Shown: positions 8,526 through 17,541, counted from the first letter of the stretch. The stretch: DNA of 45,583 bases from Polyangiaceae bacterium (GCA_044222475.1 JBGANF010000055.1:1-45583); one strand, 5' to 3'. Notes: generated by a model not told the origin, from the letters alone. Program-made: numbers and translations.

Positions 8526-9712
8526 TCCGGCGCGTCCTCGCCACGTCGATCCTCGCGCTCGCCGCGAGCGGGTGCACGACCAACGGGCTGATCGACTACG
8601 CGATGGCCGGCGCGACGCGGCCGCCGTCCCACGCCCAGATGCGCGTCGGCGATCGCATCGTGCTCGGCGGCGACCTGCACTGCCACATCCTTCCGCCCGA
8701 CGCGCCCTATCACGTGTCGCGACGGCTGCCGGAGACCGTCGCGCTCGCCGAGAACGAGGGCCTCGACTTCGTGGTGCTGACACCCCACGTGCCGTCACGC
8801 TTCTACCTGTACCCGGACCAGCGCGCGTGGACGCAGACCGTGATCGCCGAGCTCACGCGAACGGTCGCCACCCAGAAGACGTCGGTCGTCGTGGTGCCCG
8901 GCTTCGAGTACACCGACTACGGCTACGGGCACGTCGGCGCCGGCTTCGCGGACCTCGACGCCGTGCTGGCCGACGTTCCGCTGGATGCGGCGGTCGCGAG
9001 GCCCTCACTGTTCTTCGAGCAGTGGCTCGCCCACGGGGGGCACCTCACCATCAACCACCCCGTGCTGCGCCCGCTCCCGATCGCGCCGATCGGCGAGCTC
9101 CGCGCCGACCTCTCGTGGCGCGGGTTCCGCACGGCCGACGTCCCGCCGGAGATCGCTTGGGTCACGCGACACGCTCAAGCGATCGAGATCTACAACCTCG
9201 AGGTCTCGCAGCTCCGCGATCGACTCTTCCTCGGCGACGAGGATCGCTCGCTCCGGGAAGCGGCCCACCTCCTCGATGCGCAAGTCCACGCGCAGCAGCG
9301 GAAGATCGCCGCCGTCGCCGGGTCCGACAGCCACGGGCACTGGCTCCGGGCCGACACGTTCGTGCTCGCGACCGATCGGAGCGTCCGATCGATCGGCGAC
9401 GCGATCGACTTCGGGCGGACGTGCGTCCGCGGCCCCGCGGCGTGCACGCTCGAGGCGCGCGCGATCGGCGGACCGTGGCACGGCGTCGGCGAGGCGGTCG
9501 GGCCGACCGACGCGATCGAGGTGCGCGCGATCGGCCGCGACGTCACGTTCTTCGCCTCCGGCGGCGCGGCGATCGCCGGAGTGAGCGGCGAGACGCGCCG
9601 CATCGACGTCGCGCGGGATCGATGCACGCTGGTGCGCGCGGTGGTCGACGGGGGCTACTCGTCGCCGATCTACGTCAACTGCCCGTTCGCGCCATCTCGA
9701 GACCTACCGTGA
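8453..9712 (+). CDS. PHP-domain metallohydrolase (CehA/McbA-like), probable lipoprotein
   Basis: GDLHCH, GLDFVVLTPH, PGFEY...GH, INHP and GSDSH motifs; ASGC lipobox. Start uncertain (ATG 8453 or CTG 8522). Confidence 0.8.
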   Translation: MRRRSDARLGREPRRDDERRGLALIRRVLATSILALAASGCTTNGLIDYAMAGATRPPSHAQMRVGDRIVLGGDLHCHILPPDAPYHVSRRLPETVALAENEGLDFVVLTPHVPSRFYLYPDQRAWTQTVIAELTRTVATQKTSVVVVPGFEYTDYGYGHVGAGFADLDAVLADVPLDAAVARPSLFFEQWLAHGGHLTINHPVLRPLPIAPIGELRADLSWRGFRTADVPPEIAWVTRHAQAIEIYNLEVSQLRDRLFLGDEDRSLREAAHLLDAQVHAQQRKIAAVAGSDSHGHWLRADTFVLATDRSVRSIGDAIDFGRTCVRGPAACTLEARAIGGPWHGVGEAVGPTDAIEVRAIGRDVTFFASGGAAIAGVSGETRRIDVARDRCTLVRAVVDGGYSSPIYVNCPFAPSRDLP

Positions 9713-9715
9713 CGA

Positions 9716-10156
9716 TCAGTGGCTTTCGTCTTCGACGTACTGGCCCATCATGATCTCGACGCGCTCGTTGACGTCGGCGCCACCGTCGGCGTGAGGCACC
9801 GCCATCGGGCGAGCCGCCGGCGCGGAGGTGTCGACCGAAGAGCAACCGGCGACGGCGGCGACGGCGGCCACGGCAGCGACCGCTAGAGCGCATCGCATGC
9901 GCTCTGTGCGTTCGTGCGAACTTGCACGAACGCCGAGCGTCGCGCGAAAGTGGATCGTGCCCTTCGGCGTCGCGGCGTAGCGGATGCAGATTTTCGTCCC
10001 CGCGGCCTCGCGCAGGAGCGCCCGCGCCTCTTCCTCCGTGCCCGCCGACAGATCATGTACGTCCTTGTCGCACTCGGCGCAGTGGCGGCGTTTCGCGTCG
10101 CCGTCCATCGCGTCGAAGGACTCGGCACAGGGCGAGAGGATCGGCAGCGCGCGCAT
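9716..10156 (-). CDS. Small protein with N-terminal Cys4 domain (PC...CxxC...C) and a TM/lipobox-like segment
   Basis: SPCAESFDAM..RHCAECDKDVHDLS..KICIRY resembles a conserved N-terminal Cys module of uncharacterised envelope proteins; hydrophobic AVAAVAAVAGC follows. Confidence 0.75.
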   Translation of the reverse strand: MRALPILSPCAESFDAMDGDAKRRHCAECDKDVHDLSAGTEEEARALLREAAGTKICIRYAATPKGTIHFRATLGVRASSHERTERMRCALAVAAVAAVAAVAGCSSVDTSAPAARPMAVPHADGGADVNERVEIMMGQYVEDESH

Positions 10157-10205
10157 GAGCGCTGATACGGACTCGCGGCGCGATCGATCCCCAGCGGAGG
10201 GTTCT

Positions 10206-10664
10206 CTAGAACGACGTACAGGCGCCGGTCACGCAGGTCTGACCTGCCGTACACACCACGCCCTTGCAGTTGGCCGTCATCACCACCGGGAGGTCCACCG
10301 ACTTGCCTGGGACGAACGTCGCCGTGCGCGTCGCGACGATGCAGTTGGCGCCCGGCGGCGTGCAGTCCGTCGCGGCCTTCGACAGCAGCGCGCGAACGAA
10401 CACCTTCGCCTTGTCGTCCTTGTCCGGGATGACCACGAGGGAGCCCAGATCGCCGCTGGAGCAGCTCGTCGACTCCGTCACCTGCGCGACCGCGGTGTCC
10501 AGATCGGCCGCGGTCCTCGCGACGCGGATCTCGACCTTGCCGAACGCGCTGCACGGCTGATCGGTCGAGACCTTGACCACGATCTGCGTCGGGTCGGCGC
10601 AGGCGAGCCCGACCGCGCAGGCCACGGCGACGGCAGCGAAGACTGCGCTGCCGGCGCTCCTCAC
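10206..10664 (-). CDS. Cys-rich hypothetical lipoprotein
   Basis: GTGA overlap with the glgA stop; GLAC lipobox; C-terminal CKGVVC..GQTCVTGAC. Confidence 0.75.
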   Translation of the reverse strand: MRSAGSAVFAAVAVACAVGLACADPTQIVVKVSTDQPCSAFGKVEIRVARTAADLDTAVAQVTESTSCSSGDLGSLVVIPDKDDKAKVFVRALLSKAATDCTPPGANCIVATRTATFVPGKSVDLPVVMTANCKGVVCTAGQTCVTGACTSF

Positions 10665-12115
10665 GACGGCCTCGCCACGAGCTGCTTGAAGAGCTGCTCG
10701 TATCGGCGCGCCGGGCCGTCCCAGCTGCGATCGAGCCGCATCACTCGGCGGGTCAGCACCGGCCAGCGCTCGTGCGCGCGCGCGGCGACGCCGCGCTCGA
10801 CGGCGGCGAGGAACTCGTCCTCGTCGCCGAAGGTGAATCCGGTGCCGGTCTCGAGCTTGGCGTCGCAGTCGACGACCGTGTCGACGAGGCCGCCCGTCGC
10901 GCGAACGACCGGGAGCGCCCCGTAGCGCTGCGCGTACATCTGGACGAGGCCGCAGGGTTCCCGCCGGCTCGGCACGAGCACGAGGTCCGCTGCGGAGAAC
11001 ACCCGATGAACGAGCCCCTCCGGAGCGGCGCGGACGAAGACCGCGCGCCCGTGGCTCTTCTTCACCGCCGCCGTGACCTTCTCGACGAGGTCTTCTTGGC
11101 CGTCACCGCAGACGACGATCTGCGCTTCGCTCGCCTTGAGGATCTTCGGGATGAGCGCGGCGAGCAGGTCGGTACCTTTTTGGGACACCATCCGGCCGAC
11201 GTTCGCGATGAGCGGAGCGCCGATCTCGATCGGGAGGTCGAGCTCCTTCTGGAGCGCGCCCTTGCACCGCGCGCGGGGCGCCAGATCCTCGGCGTCGTAG
11301 CGAACCGAGAGCGCCGCATCGGTCGCCGGGTTCCACACGCCGTAGTCGATCCCGTTGAGGATGCCGGTGAGCCGGTCCTTCACCGACGCGAACACGCCCT
11401 CGAGGCCGTGACCGCCGTCCTTCTCGACGATCTCGCGCGCGTACGTCGGGCTCACGGCGACGATCGCGTCCGCGGTGCGCGCGCCGAGCTTCAGGAGGTT
11501 CACCTTGCCGTAGAACTCGGCGAGGTCGACGGTGAACGCGCTCTTCGGCAGGCCGAGCGTCGCCAGGGCTTCCTTGGGGAACACGCCTTGGTGCTCGACG
11601 TTGTGGACGACGAGCACGGTGCGCGTCTTCGCGAGCTCGGGCGTCTCGGCGCGGTGGCGCGCGACGTGCGCCACCGTCGCAGCGGCCGGCCAGTCGTTGG
11701 CGACCACGACGTCGACGGGCTGCCCGGAGATCGCTCGCTGGCGAGCGACCTCGGCGGCGGCGGCCGAGAGGATGCCGAACTTCTTCGCGTTGGTCTCTGC
11801 GCTCGCGTCGTCGCCGTAGACCACGCCGCTCTCGTAGAGGCCGGGCGCGTCGACGAGGATGACGTCGACCTGCGAGGCGAGGCGCCCGTCGAACAGCGTC
11901 ACGTCCGTCTGCTCGCCGGCGTAGTCGAATCGGAGCGGCGTGAGCCGGCGCGCGACGAGCAGCCCGCCCTCTTCGAAGGCGGGGAACCGCGGCACGACGA
12001 GGGTCACCTTGTGCCCGAGCGCCCGCAGCGCCTTGGGCAGCGCAGCAGCCACGTCGGCGAGGCCGCCGACCTTCACGTAGGGGAGGAGCTCGGTCGAAAC
12101 GAAGAGAATGTCCAC
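10661..12115 (-). CDS. glgA: Glycogen synthase (GT5)
   Basis: KVGGLADV ADP-glucose motif, GILNGID, GRMVSQKG, EPCGL..MYA.RYG, TGGLVDTV. Confidence 0.95.
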   Translation of the reverse strand: MDILFVSTELLPYVKVGGLADVAAALPKALRALGHKVTLVVPRFPAFEEGGLLVARRLTPLRFDYAGEQTDVTLFDGRLASQVDVILVDAPGLYESGVVYGDDASAETNAKKFGILSAAAAEVARQRAISGQPVDVVVANDWPAAATVAHVARHRAETPELAKTRTVLVVHNVEHQGVFPKEALATLGLPKSAFTVDLAEFYGKVNLLKLGARTADAIVAVSPTYAREIVEKDGGHGLEGVFASVKDRLTGILNGIDYGVWNPATDAALSVRYDAEDLAPRARCKGALQKELDLPIEIGAPLIANVGRMVSQKGTDLLAALIPKILKASEAQIVVCGDGQEDLVEKVTAAVKKSHGRAVFVRAAPEGLVHRVFSAADLVLVPSRREPCGLVQMYAQRYGALPVVRATGGLVDTVVDCDAKLETGTGFTFGDEDEFLAAVERGVAARAHERWPVLTRRVMRLDRSWDGPARRYEQLFKQLVARPS

Positions 12116-12125
12116 GGCGCGGCTT

Positions 12126-12140
12126 GTAGCACCGTGCTAC
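12126..12140. promoter_or_regulatory. Palindrome in the 38 bp glgA/RluA divergent gap (back-to-back TGnTAC elements)
   Basis: Perfect inverted repeat GTAGCAC-C-GTGCTAC. Confidence 0.45.
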
Positions 12141-12153
12141 CTCCACGGGAACC

Positions 12154-13176
12154 GTGACCCGAATTCGGTGGGCGAAAGAGCGTGATTGGCGGCGCCCGGA
12201 GGGCATCCCGGAGGGGTCGGTCCTGTCCGTGTTTCGCGTCCCTCCCGAGGTCGCCGGCCAACGGGTCGACGTGTTTCTGCAGTCGCAGCTCAAGCGAACG
12301 AGCCGCACGCGCGCGCAGTTCATCGTTCGAAACAGCGCCTACGACGAGAAGGGTCGGCGCTTCCGGCCGGGCGAGCGCGTGCAAGCGCACCAGCACGTGC
12401 TCCTGTGGCGCCCGCCGTGGGACGAGACGCCGGTCCCCACCGAGATCCCGGTGCTCTACGAGGACGAGCACCTCCTTGCAGTCTGCAAGCCCGCCGGCCT
12501 GCCGGTCCACCCGACGGCGCGGTACCACAAGAACACGGTCATCAAGCTGCTCGAGCTGGCGCGCCCCGAGCAGTGGCTCTCCCTCGGGCATCGCATCGAT
12601 CGCGAGACGAGCGGCGTGCTCCTCTTGTCCAAGAACGCCGAGTGCGACCGCGAGCTGAAGAAGGCGCTCGAGGCGCGCGACGGGATCGAGAAGACGTACG
12701 AGGCGATCACCTGGGGCATCCCGCGGGGCGGCGCGGCCGAGTTCCGCGTCGACGAGCCGCTCGAGCTCGACCCCACGAGCAAGACCAAGGTGAAGATGCG
12801 GATCGGCATCACGCCGGAGGCGCTCGAAGCGGCGACGATCTTCCGCCTGGTCGCGACCGCGCGTCGAGACGATCGCGACTACGCGCGATTGCGCTGCGAG
12901 CTCCTGACCGGGCGCCAACACCAGATCCGCGTCCACCTCGCGTCGGTCGGCACGCCGATCGTCGGCGACAAGCTCTATGGACCCGACGAAGAGCTCTTCG
13001 CGCGCGGCGCCGACGGCGAGCTCACCGAAGAGGATCTCGTCGAGCTCGAGCACCCGCGCCACGCGCTCCACGCCGCGCGCCTGGCGCTCACCCACCCGAT
13101 CACGCGCGTGCCGCTCGTGATCGAGGCTCCCCTCCCCGCCGATCTCGAGGACCTGTGGAACGGCATCGCCTGCTGA
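12154..13176 (+). CDS. RluA-family pseudouridine synthase
   Basis: KPAGLPVHP, HRIDRETSG (catalytic Asp), TGRQHQIRVH, IVGDKLYG, ALHA motifs; S4-like N-terminus. Confidence 0.93.
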   Translation: MTRIRWAKERDWRRPEGIPEGSVLSVFRVPPEVAGQRVDVFLQSQLKRTSRTRAQFIVRNSAYDEKGRRFRPGERVQAHQHVLLWRPPWDETPVPTEIPVLYEDEHLLAVCKPAGLPVHPTARYHKNTVIKLLELARPEQWLSLGHRIDRETSGVLLLSKNAECDRELKKALEARDGIEKTYEAITWGIPRGGAAEFRVDEPLELDPTSKTKVKMRIGITPEALEAATIFRLVATARRDDRDYARLRCELLTGRQHQIRVHLASVGTPIVGDKLYGPDEELFARGADGELTEEDLVELEHPRHALHAARLALTHPITRVPLVIEAPLPADLEDLWNGIAC

Positions 13177-13691
13177 CGCCCGCGGTCGCGCTGCTCGCGG
13201 TGGGCTGCGCCGCGATCGGGAAGACGCCGACGAAGGACGCGTGCGAGCGGCACCAGCCCGAGGCCTGCGACGATCTCGCGTCCGAGGAGATCGACGTCAT
13301 CCACCCCGGCGACGACCCCACCGCGATCTGGCGCAAGTACTGCGAGCTCGGCGGAGCTCAGAGCTGCTACGAGGCGGCGTCGTCGCTCGCGTCGACGAAG
13401 GGCGAGACCGCCGAGACCGCCGAGGAGCTCGTCGTCTTCGCGCAGCGCGCGTGCGCGCGGCACGTGATGGCCGGGTGCAACACGCTCGCGCACTACGCGA
13501 AGGACGCGATCCACGACTGCGATCTCCACGACCACGAGCGCGACACGTGCGCGGCCGCCGGCGTCGTGTGGTCGCGCGGGGTGAGCGTGCCGCCGCTGAA
13601 TGGCCCGAGCTTCGAGCCCGACGCCGCGAAGGCCCACGCCGCGTTCGCCGCGTCGTGCGCGGCCGGCGCGCAGATCTCGTGCGGCAAGTGA
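13155..13691 (+). CDS. Cys-rich Sel1/Hcp-like repeat lipoprotein
   Basis: GAGGA RBS before GTG 13155; AVGC lipobox; repeated C-x7-C pairs (CELGGAQSC, CARHVMAGC, CAAGAQISC). Confidence 0.7.
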   Translation: MERHRLLTPAVALLAVGCAAIGKTPTKDACERHQPEACDDLASEEIDVIHPGDDPTAIWRKYCELGGAQSCYEAASSLASTKGETAETAEELVVFAQRACARHVMAGCNTLAHYAKDAIHDCDLHDHERDTCAAAGVVWSRGVSVPPLNGPSFEPDAAKAHAAFAASCAAGAQISCGK

Positions 13692-14702
13692 TCAACCCGC
13701 GACGAGGACGAGCTTCCCGGTGATCCCGCCCGCGAGCAGTCGCTCCTGCGCCTCGCGCGCGGCGAAGAGCGGCAGCCGGTCGGCGATCTTCGGCGCGAGC
13801 TTCTTCTCGGCGAGGAGCGCGAAGAGCTTCGGGAGATCCTCGCGGAACGAGCTCTTGTCCTTCCGGTAGATCTGGGTGATGCCGTAGAACGTGCTGCGAC
13901 GGCCCGCGAAGAACGCGCCGGCGAAGAGCGCCGCCGCACCCCGGAGCGTGCCGAGGTTGCTCGCCGACGCTCCGCTCACCGCGGTGAACCCGTAGGCGAC
14001 GACGATGCCGCCCTTCTTCGTCGCGCGGATGCACTCGCCGGTCGTCTTCCCGCCGAGGCCGTCGAACGCCGCGTCGACGCCGTCGGGGACGATCGCACGG
14101 ACCTGCTCGTCGAGCGGCGCGCCGCGCCCGTCGATCGGATCGGCGTCGTAGCTCTTCACGAGGTCGAAGCTCTTGGCGGACGCGGCGCCGATCGCCCTGA
14201 CGCCGTGCAGGCGGAGCAGCTCGAGGAGCGCCGTCCCCACGCCGCCGTTCGCGCCGGTGACGAGCGCGGTCTGACCAGGCTTCATCGCCGCGCTGCGGTG
14301 GATCATCTGCCACGCGGTCACGTAGTTGAGCACCAGCGCGACCGCTTCGGCGTCGTCGAGCCCATCCGGTACGGCGACGAACTCGTCTTCGGCTCGTGTG
14401 AGGTACTCGGCGCAGCCGCCGGTCACGGAGAGCGCAGCCACGCGTTGCCCGACGCGCAGCGACGTCACGCCTTCGCCGACCGCGTCGACGTCGCCGACCA
14501 CGTCGTAGCCGGGCGGAAACGGAAACGACGGGCGGTACGGGTAGTACCCGGTGCGCATGATGATGTCGGTGAACCCCGCTCCGGTCGCGCGGACGCGGAT
14601 GCGGACCTCTCCGGCCCTCGGGGGCTCGAGCTCGAGCTCGGCTTCCTTCAGCTGATCCAACCCGCCTTTTCCCTGCAAGAGCACCGCGCGATACGTCGCC
14701 AT
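13692..14702 (-). CDS. Medium-chain dehydrogenase/reductase (quinone oxidoreductase-like)
   Basis: PGYDVVG, NYVTAWQM, GANGGVG Rossmann motif, GKLVL C-terminus; no catalytic Zn cysteines. Confidence 0.9.
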   Translation of the reverse strand: MATYRAVLLQGKGGLDQLKEAELELEPPRAGEVRIRVRATGAGFTDIIMRTGYYPYRPSFPFPPGYDVVGDVDAVGEGVTSLRVGQRVAALSVTGGCAEYLTRAEDEFVAVPDGLDDAEAVALVLNYVTAWQMIHRSAAMKPGQTALVTGANGGVGTALLELLRLHGVRAIGAASAKSFDLVKSYDADPIDGRGAPLDEQVRAIVPDGVDAAFDGLGGKTTGECIRATKKGGIVVAYGFTAVSGASASNLGTLRGAAALFAGAFFAGRRSTFYGITQIYRKDKSSFREDLPKLFALLAEKKLAPKIADRLPLFAAREAQERLLAGGITGKLVLVAG

Positions 14703-14774
14703 GGTCCGACCTCCGATGGGTCCAAGGTGGCCTTCGAGGGCTTCGACGTAAAGATGCGCACGCGCACTCCTACT

Positions 14775-14788
14775 GTGCAACCATGCAC
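14775..14788. promoter_or_regulatory. Putative LysR autoregulatory operator
   Basis: Palindrome GTGCA-ACCA-TGCAC immediately upstream of the LysR start, in the divergent gap. Confidence 0.4.
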
Positions 14789-14790
14789 GG

Positions 14791-15689
14791 ATGCACTGGG
14801 ATGACGTCCGTCTGTTCCTCGCCCTCGCCCGCTCGAAGAGCCTCGGCGCCGCTGCGACCGGGCTCGCCGTCGACCGCACGACCGTCGGACGCCGGCTCGA
14901 CGCGTTCGAGAAGAGCGTCGGGAGCAAGCTCTTCGTCCGCGGGCGCGATGGCCTCAGGCCGACCGCGAGCGCCGAACGCCTCCGACCCTACGCCGAGCGG
15001 ATGGAGACCGACGCCGCCGCGCTCACGCATGCAGCGGCGGCGACCGAGTCGCGCGTGTCAGGCGTCGTGCGCATCGCCACGACCGAGGCGCTCGCGGTCT
15101 TCATGGTCCAGGAAGGCCTCCTCGCGCTGCGGGAGGAGCACCCCGATCTGGTGATCGATCTGCTCGGAGGCAACCGCCCGCTCGATCTCGGGCGCGGCGA
15201 AGCCGACATCGCGCTCCGTCTCGTGAAGCCGACGGAGGCCACCCTGCGCGTGCGCGGGATCGCTCGGTTTCCGATCGCGCTGTTCGCGTCGCACGCGTAC
15301 GCGCGAACGCGCGGGCTCCCGAAGACGCCCGCCGCGCTCGCCGGCCACGACGTCGTCGTCCCTTCGGGCGAGCTGGAACGATTGCCCGAAGCGCAGTGGC
15401 TCTCGTCTCGGCGCGGCGTGCGGGTGGTGTTTCGCTCGAGCAGCATGCCGGCGCTCGTCGCGGCGGCGTCGCGCGGAGCCGGCCTCGTCGCGCTGACCGA
15501 TCCGTGGGGCGCGCGCGAGCCCGATCTCGAGCGCGCGTTCGTCATCGAATCGCTGCCACGGCGACCGATCTGGCTCGTCACCCATCCCTGCCACGGCGAC
15601 CGATCTGGCTCGTCACCCATCCTGAAGCGGACACGCGCCCCGCGGTGCGCGTCGTCGCCGATCGCATCGCGGCGCACCTGCGCCGCTGA
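14791..15689 (+). pseudogene. LysR-type regulator, frameshifted near its C-terminus by a 35 bp tandem duplication
   Basis: MHWDDVRLF LysR HTH; EADIALR. Exact duplication 15553-15587/15588-15622. The native ending WLVTHPEADTRPAVRVVADRIAAHLRR* lies in another frame, stopping at 15689. Confidence 0.85.
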
Positions 15690-15692
15690 CGC

Positions 15693-16004
15693 TCACATCC
15701 CGCGCGGGATCTTGTCGAGGTCGACCTGCTCGAGCGCCGCTCGGATGAGCGCGCTTCGGTTCGCCTTGGTGATCCCCTTCGCCTTGAGCACCTCGACCAT
15801 CTCGTCGAGCCGGGCGAGGTCCTTCGTGTACATCGAGATGCAGATCACTTTGTAGTGAGCCGGCTTCTCCTTGTCCTGGAGCCGCGTCCGCGAGGCCTCG
15901 GCGGCCGGCGCGGAGTAGAAGCGCCCCGAGAGGACGCCTTCGACCTCGTCGTGGTCGAGAACACGGGCCGTGTTCGAGCGGTTGGAATCGTCGTCTCGAG
16001 CCAT
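15693..16004 (-). CDS. Small putative ribbon-helix-helix DNA-binding protein
   Basis: GAGGAGA RBS before ATG 16004. C-terminal YKVICISMY (strand), DLARLDEMVEVLK (helix), NRSALIRAAL (helix) fit the RHH pattern. Confidence 0.7.
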   Translation of the reverse strand: MARDDDSNRSNTARVLDHDEVEGVLSGRFYSAPAAEASRTRLQDKEKPAHYKVICISMYTKDLARLDEMVEVLKAKGITKANRSALIRAALEQVDLDKIPRGM

Positions 16005-16023
16005 GATGAATCTCCTCGCCGCT

Positions 16024-17394
16024 CTAGGCGGACTCCGCCGTTCGTTGGTCTTGGGGTTCCGCCGCGCTCGCCGCGCCACGCACGAGCGCGTCGACGACGC
16101 GGAGGTAGTCCTCCGCGGCGTTCGAGTCGGGCGCGTGCTCGAAGATCGTCTTTCCTTGCGCTGGCGCTTCCTTGATGCGCGTGCCCGCGCGGATGGGAGC
16201 GAGGCAGCGCTCGCCGAAGTGCTGCTGCAGGGTCTCGACCGCGTCGCGGCAGATGCGCGCGCGCGCGTCGTAGAACGTCGGGAGGACGCCCCAGATCTGC
16301 ACCGGGTGGTGGAGGAGCGAGTTCACGCTCTTCACCGTCTTGATCACCTGGCGCACGCCGACGAGCGAAAGGAAGTCGCACGCGACGGGTACCAAGATCG
16401 CGTCGGCCGCGACGAGCGCGTTCTGGTTGAGCAGAGACAGCGACGGCGAACAGTCGAGGATCACGACGTCGTAACCGTCGGCGACCCGAGCGAGACGATC
16501 GCGGAGCACGCGGTCGCGGTTCTGGCGACCGGCGAGGTAGAGCTCGGCGGCCGCGAGGGTCTCGTTGGCCGGCAGCACGTCGAACCCGGGGCGCACGTTC
16601 TGGACGGCCGTGTCGGGCGAGAGCCCCATCACGAGCACGTGGTAGAGCGAGCGCTCGGCCTTGACCCCGAGCGACACGCCGACGTTGCCCTGCGAGTCCG
16701 TGTCGACGAGGAGCACGCGGAGCCCCCGTGAAGCGAGCCCGGCGGCGATGCTGACCGAGGTCGTCGTCTTGCCGGTGCCGCCCTTGTGGTTGAACACGGC
16801 GAGCACGCGGGGCCCCTGGTAGCCCGGCCCGGCATCTGGCAGCCGGCTAACCATTCCGGTGACCGGGGCCGTTGGGGGCGGGCCCCCAACCGAGGACCCT
16901 CGCGGCGAAGCCGCGGGGGTCCGAAATTCTCGCAGGGGTGTCGGGGGCGCAGCCCCTGACGTTGGGGACCCGAGCTCGCAGTCTGGCGACGTCGCTGCGT
17001 CGGAAGTTCTGGTGACCGGTGAGAGCTCACGCGGCGCAGCCGCGGGAGCTCGAAATTCTCGCAGGGGTGTCGGGGGCGCAGCCCCTGACGTTGGTGCCGA
17101 GATCTGTCCGAGGCGCACGCCGTTGGCCTCCGCGAGGAGCTGGGTTCGGCACGCCTCGCTGCACGCGAAATGGCGCGCGCCCTTGATCATGAGCACCTGC
17201 GCGACGAGCTCCGGCCGGAACGACGTGTGGCATGCGTCGCACGACACCCCCTTCTGGACCTCGCCGCGGAGCGAGGCCGCGTGACACGCCTGCGAGCAGA
17301 AGTACGCGAAGCCGCCGTCGCGCTCTTCCATTTGGTAGCGGAACTGGACCTCGAAGGTACGACCGCAAGCCGTGCAGGTGCCGGGCATCGCCAT
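16024..17394 (-). CDS. ParA/Soj-family ATPase with two N-terminal TRASH/FCS-like Cys4 fingers
   Basis: Deviant Walker [37 protein letters not shown]-terminal CTAC...YFCSQAC and CDAC...FACSEAC. Confidence 0.9.
   Translation of the reverse strand: MAMPGTCTACGRTFEVQFRYQMEERDGGFAYFCSQACHAASLRGEVQKGVSCDACHTSFRPELVAQVLMIKGARHFACSEACRTQLLAEANGVRLGQISAPTSGAAPPTPLREFRAPAAAPRELSPVTRTSDAATSPDCELGSPTSGAAPPTPLREFRTPAASPRGSSVGGPPPTAPVTGMVSRLPDAGPGYQGPRVLAVFNHKGGTGKTTTSVSIAAGLASRGLRVLLVDTDSQGNVGVSLGVKAERSLYHVLVMGLSPDTAVQNVRPGFDVLPANETLAAAELYLAGRQNRDRVLRDRLARVADGYDVVILDCSPSLSLLNQNALVAADAILVPVACDFLSLVGVRQVIKTVKSVNSLLHHPVQIWGVLPTFYDARARICRDAVETLQQHFGERCLAPIRAGTRIKEAPAQGKTIFEHAPDSNAAEDYLRVVDALVRGAASAAEPQDQRTAESA
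16901..17094. repeat. Two-copy palindromic repeat inside the ParA ORF
   Basis: Identical 44-mer CGAAATTCTCGCAGGGGTGTCGGGGGCGCAGCCCCTGACGTTGG at 16922-16965 and 17051-17094 (129 bp = 43 codons apart). Each is preceded by a CGCGGCG(A/C)AGCCGCG hairpin. Confidence 0.9.
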
Positions 17395-17541
17395 GGGCTC
17401 GGTGGTGCCAGAGCGAGGCCCATTGGGCCAAGTTTTCGAAAGGACGAACGTGGAGGGCGAACGGGATCGGGAATGGGAATGAAGAGCCTCGGAAACATCC
17501 AGTGTTTCCTGGCGGGTAGACTCGAGATCCGAGAAACGGGT

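Noticed and set aside
14791..15855. 354 aa LysR with a novel C-terminal extension
   Set aside because: The extension is out-of-frame readthrough caused by the 35 bp duplication.
15693..16004. Assignment to M. xanthus CdbA/CdbB, or of the ParA to PomZ
   Set aside because: The sequence does not match what I recall of those proteins and no PomX/PomY-like genes are adjacent; no symbol given.
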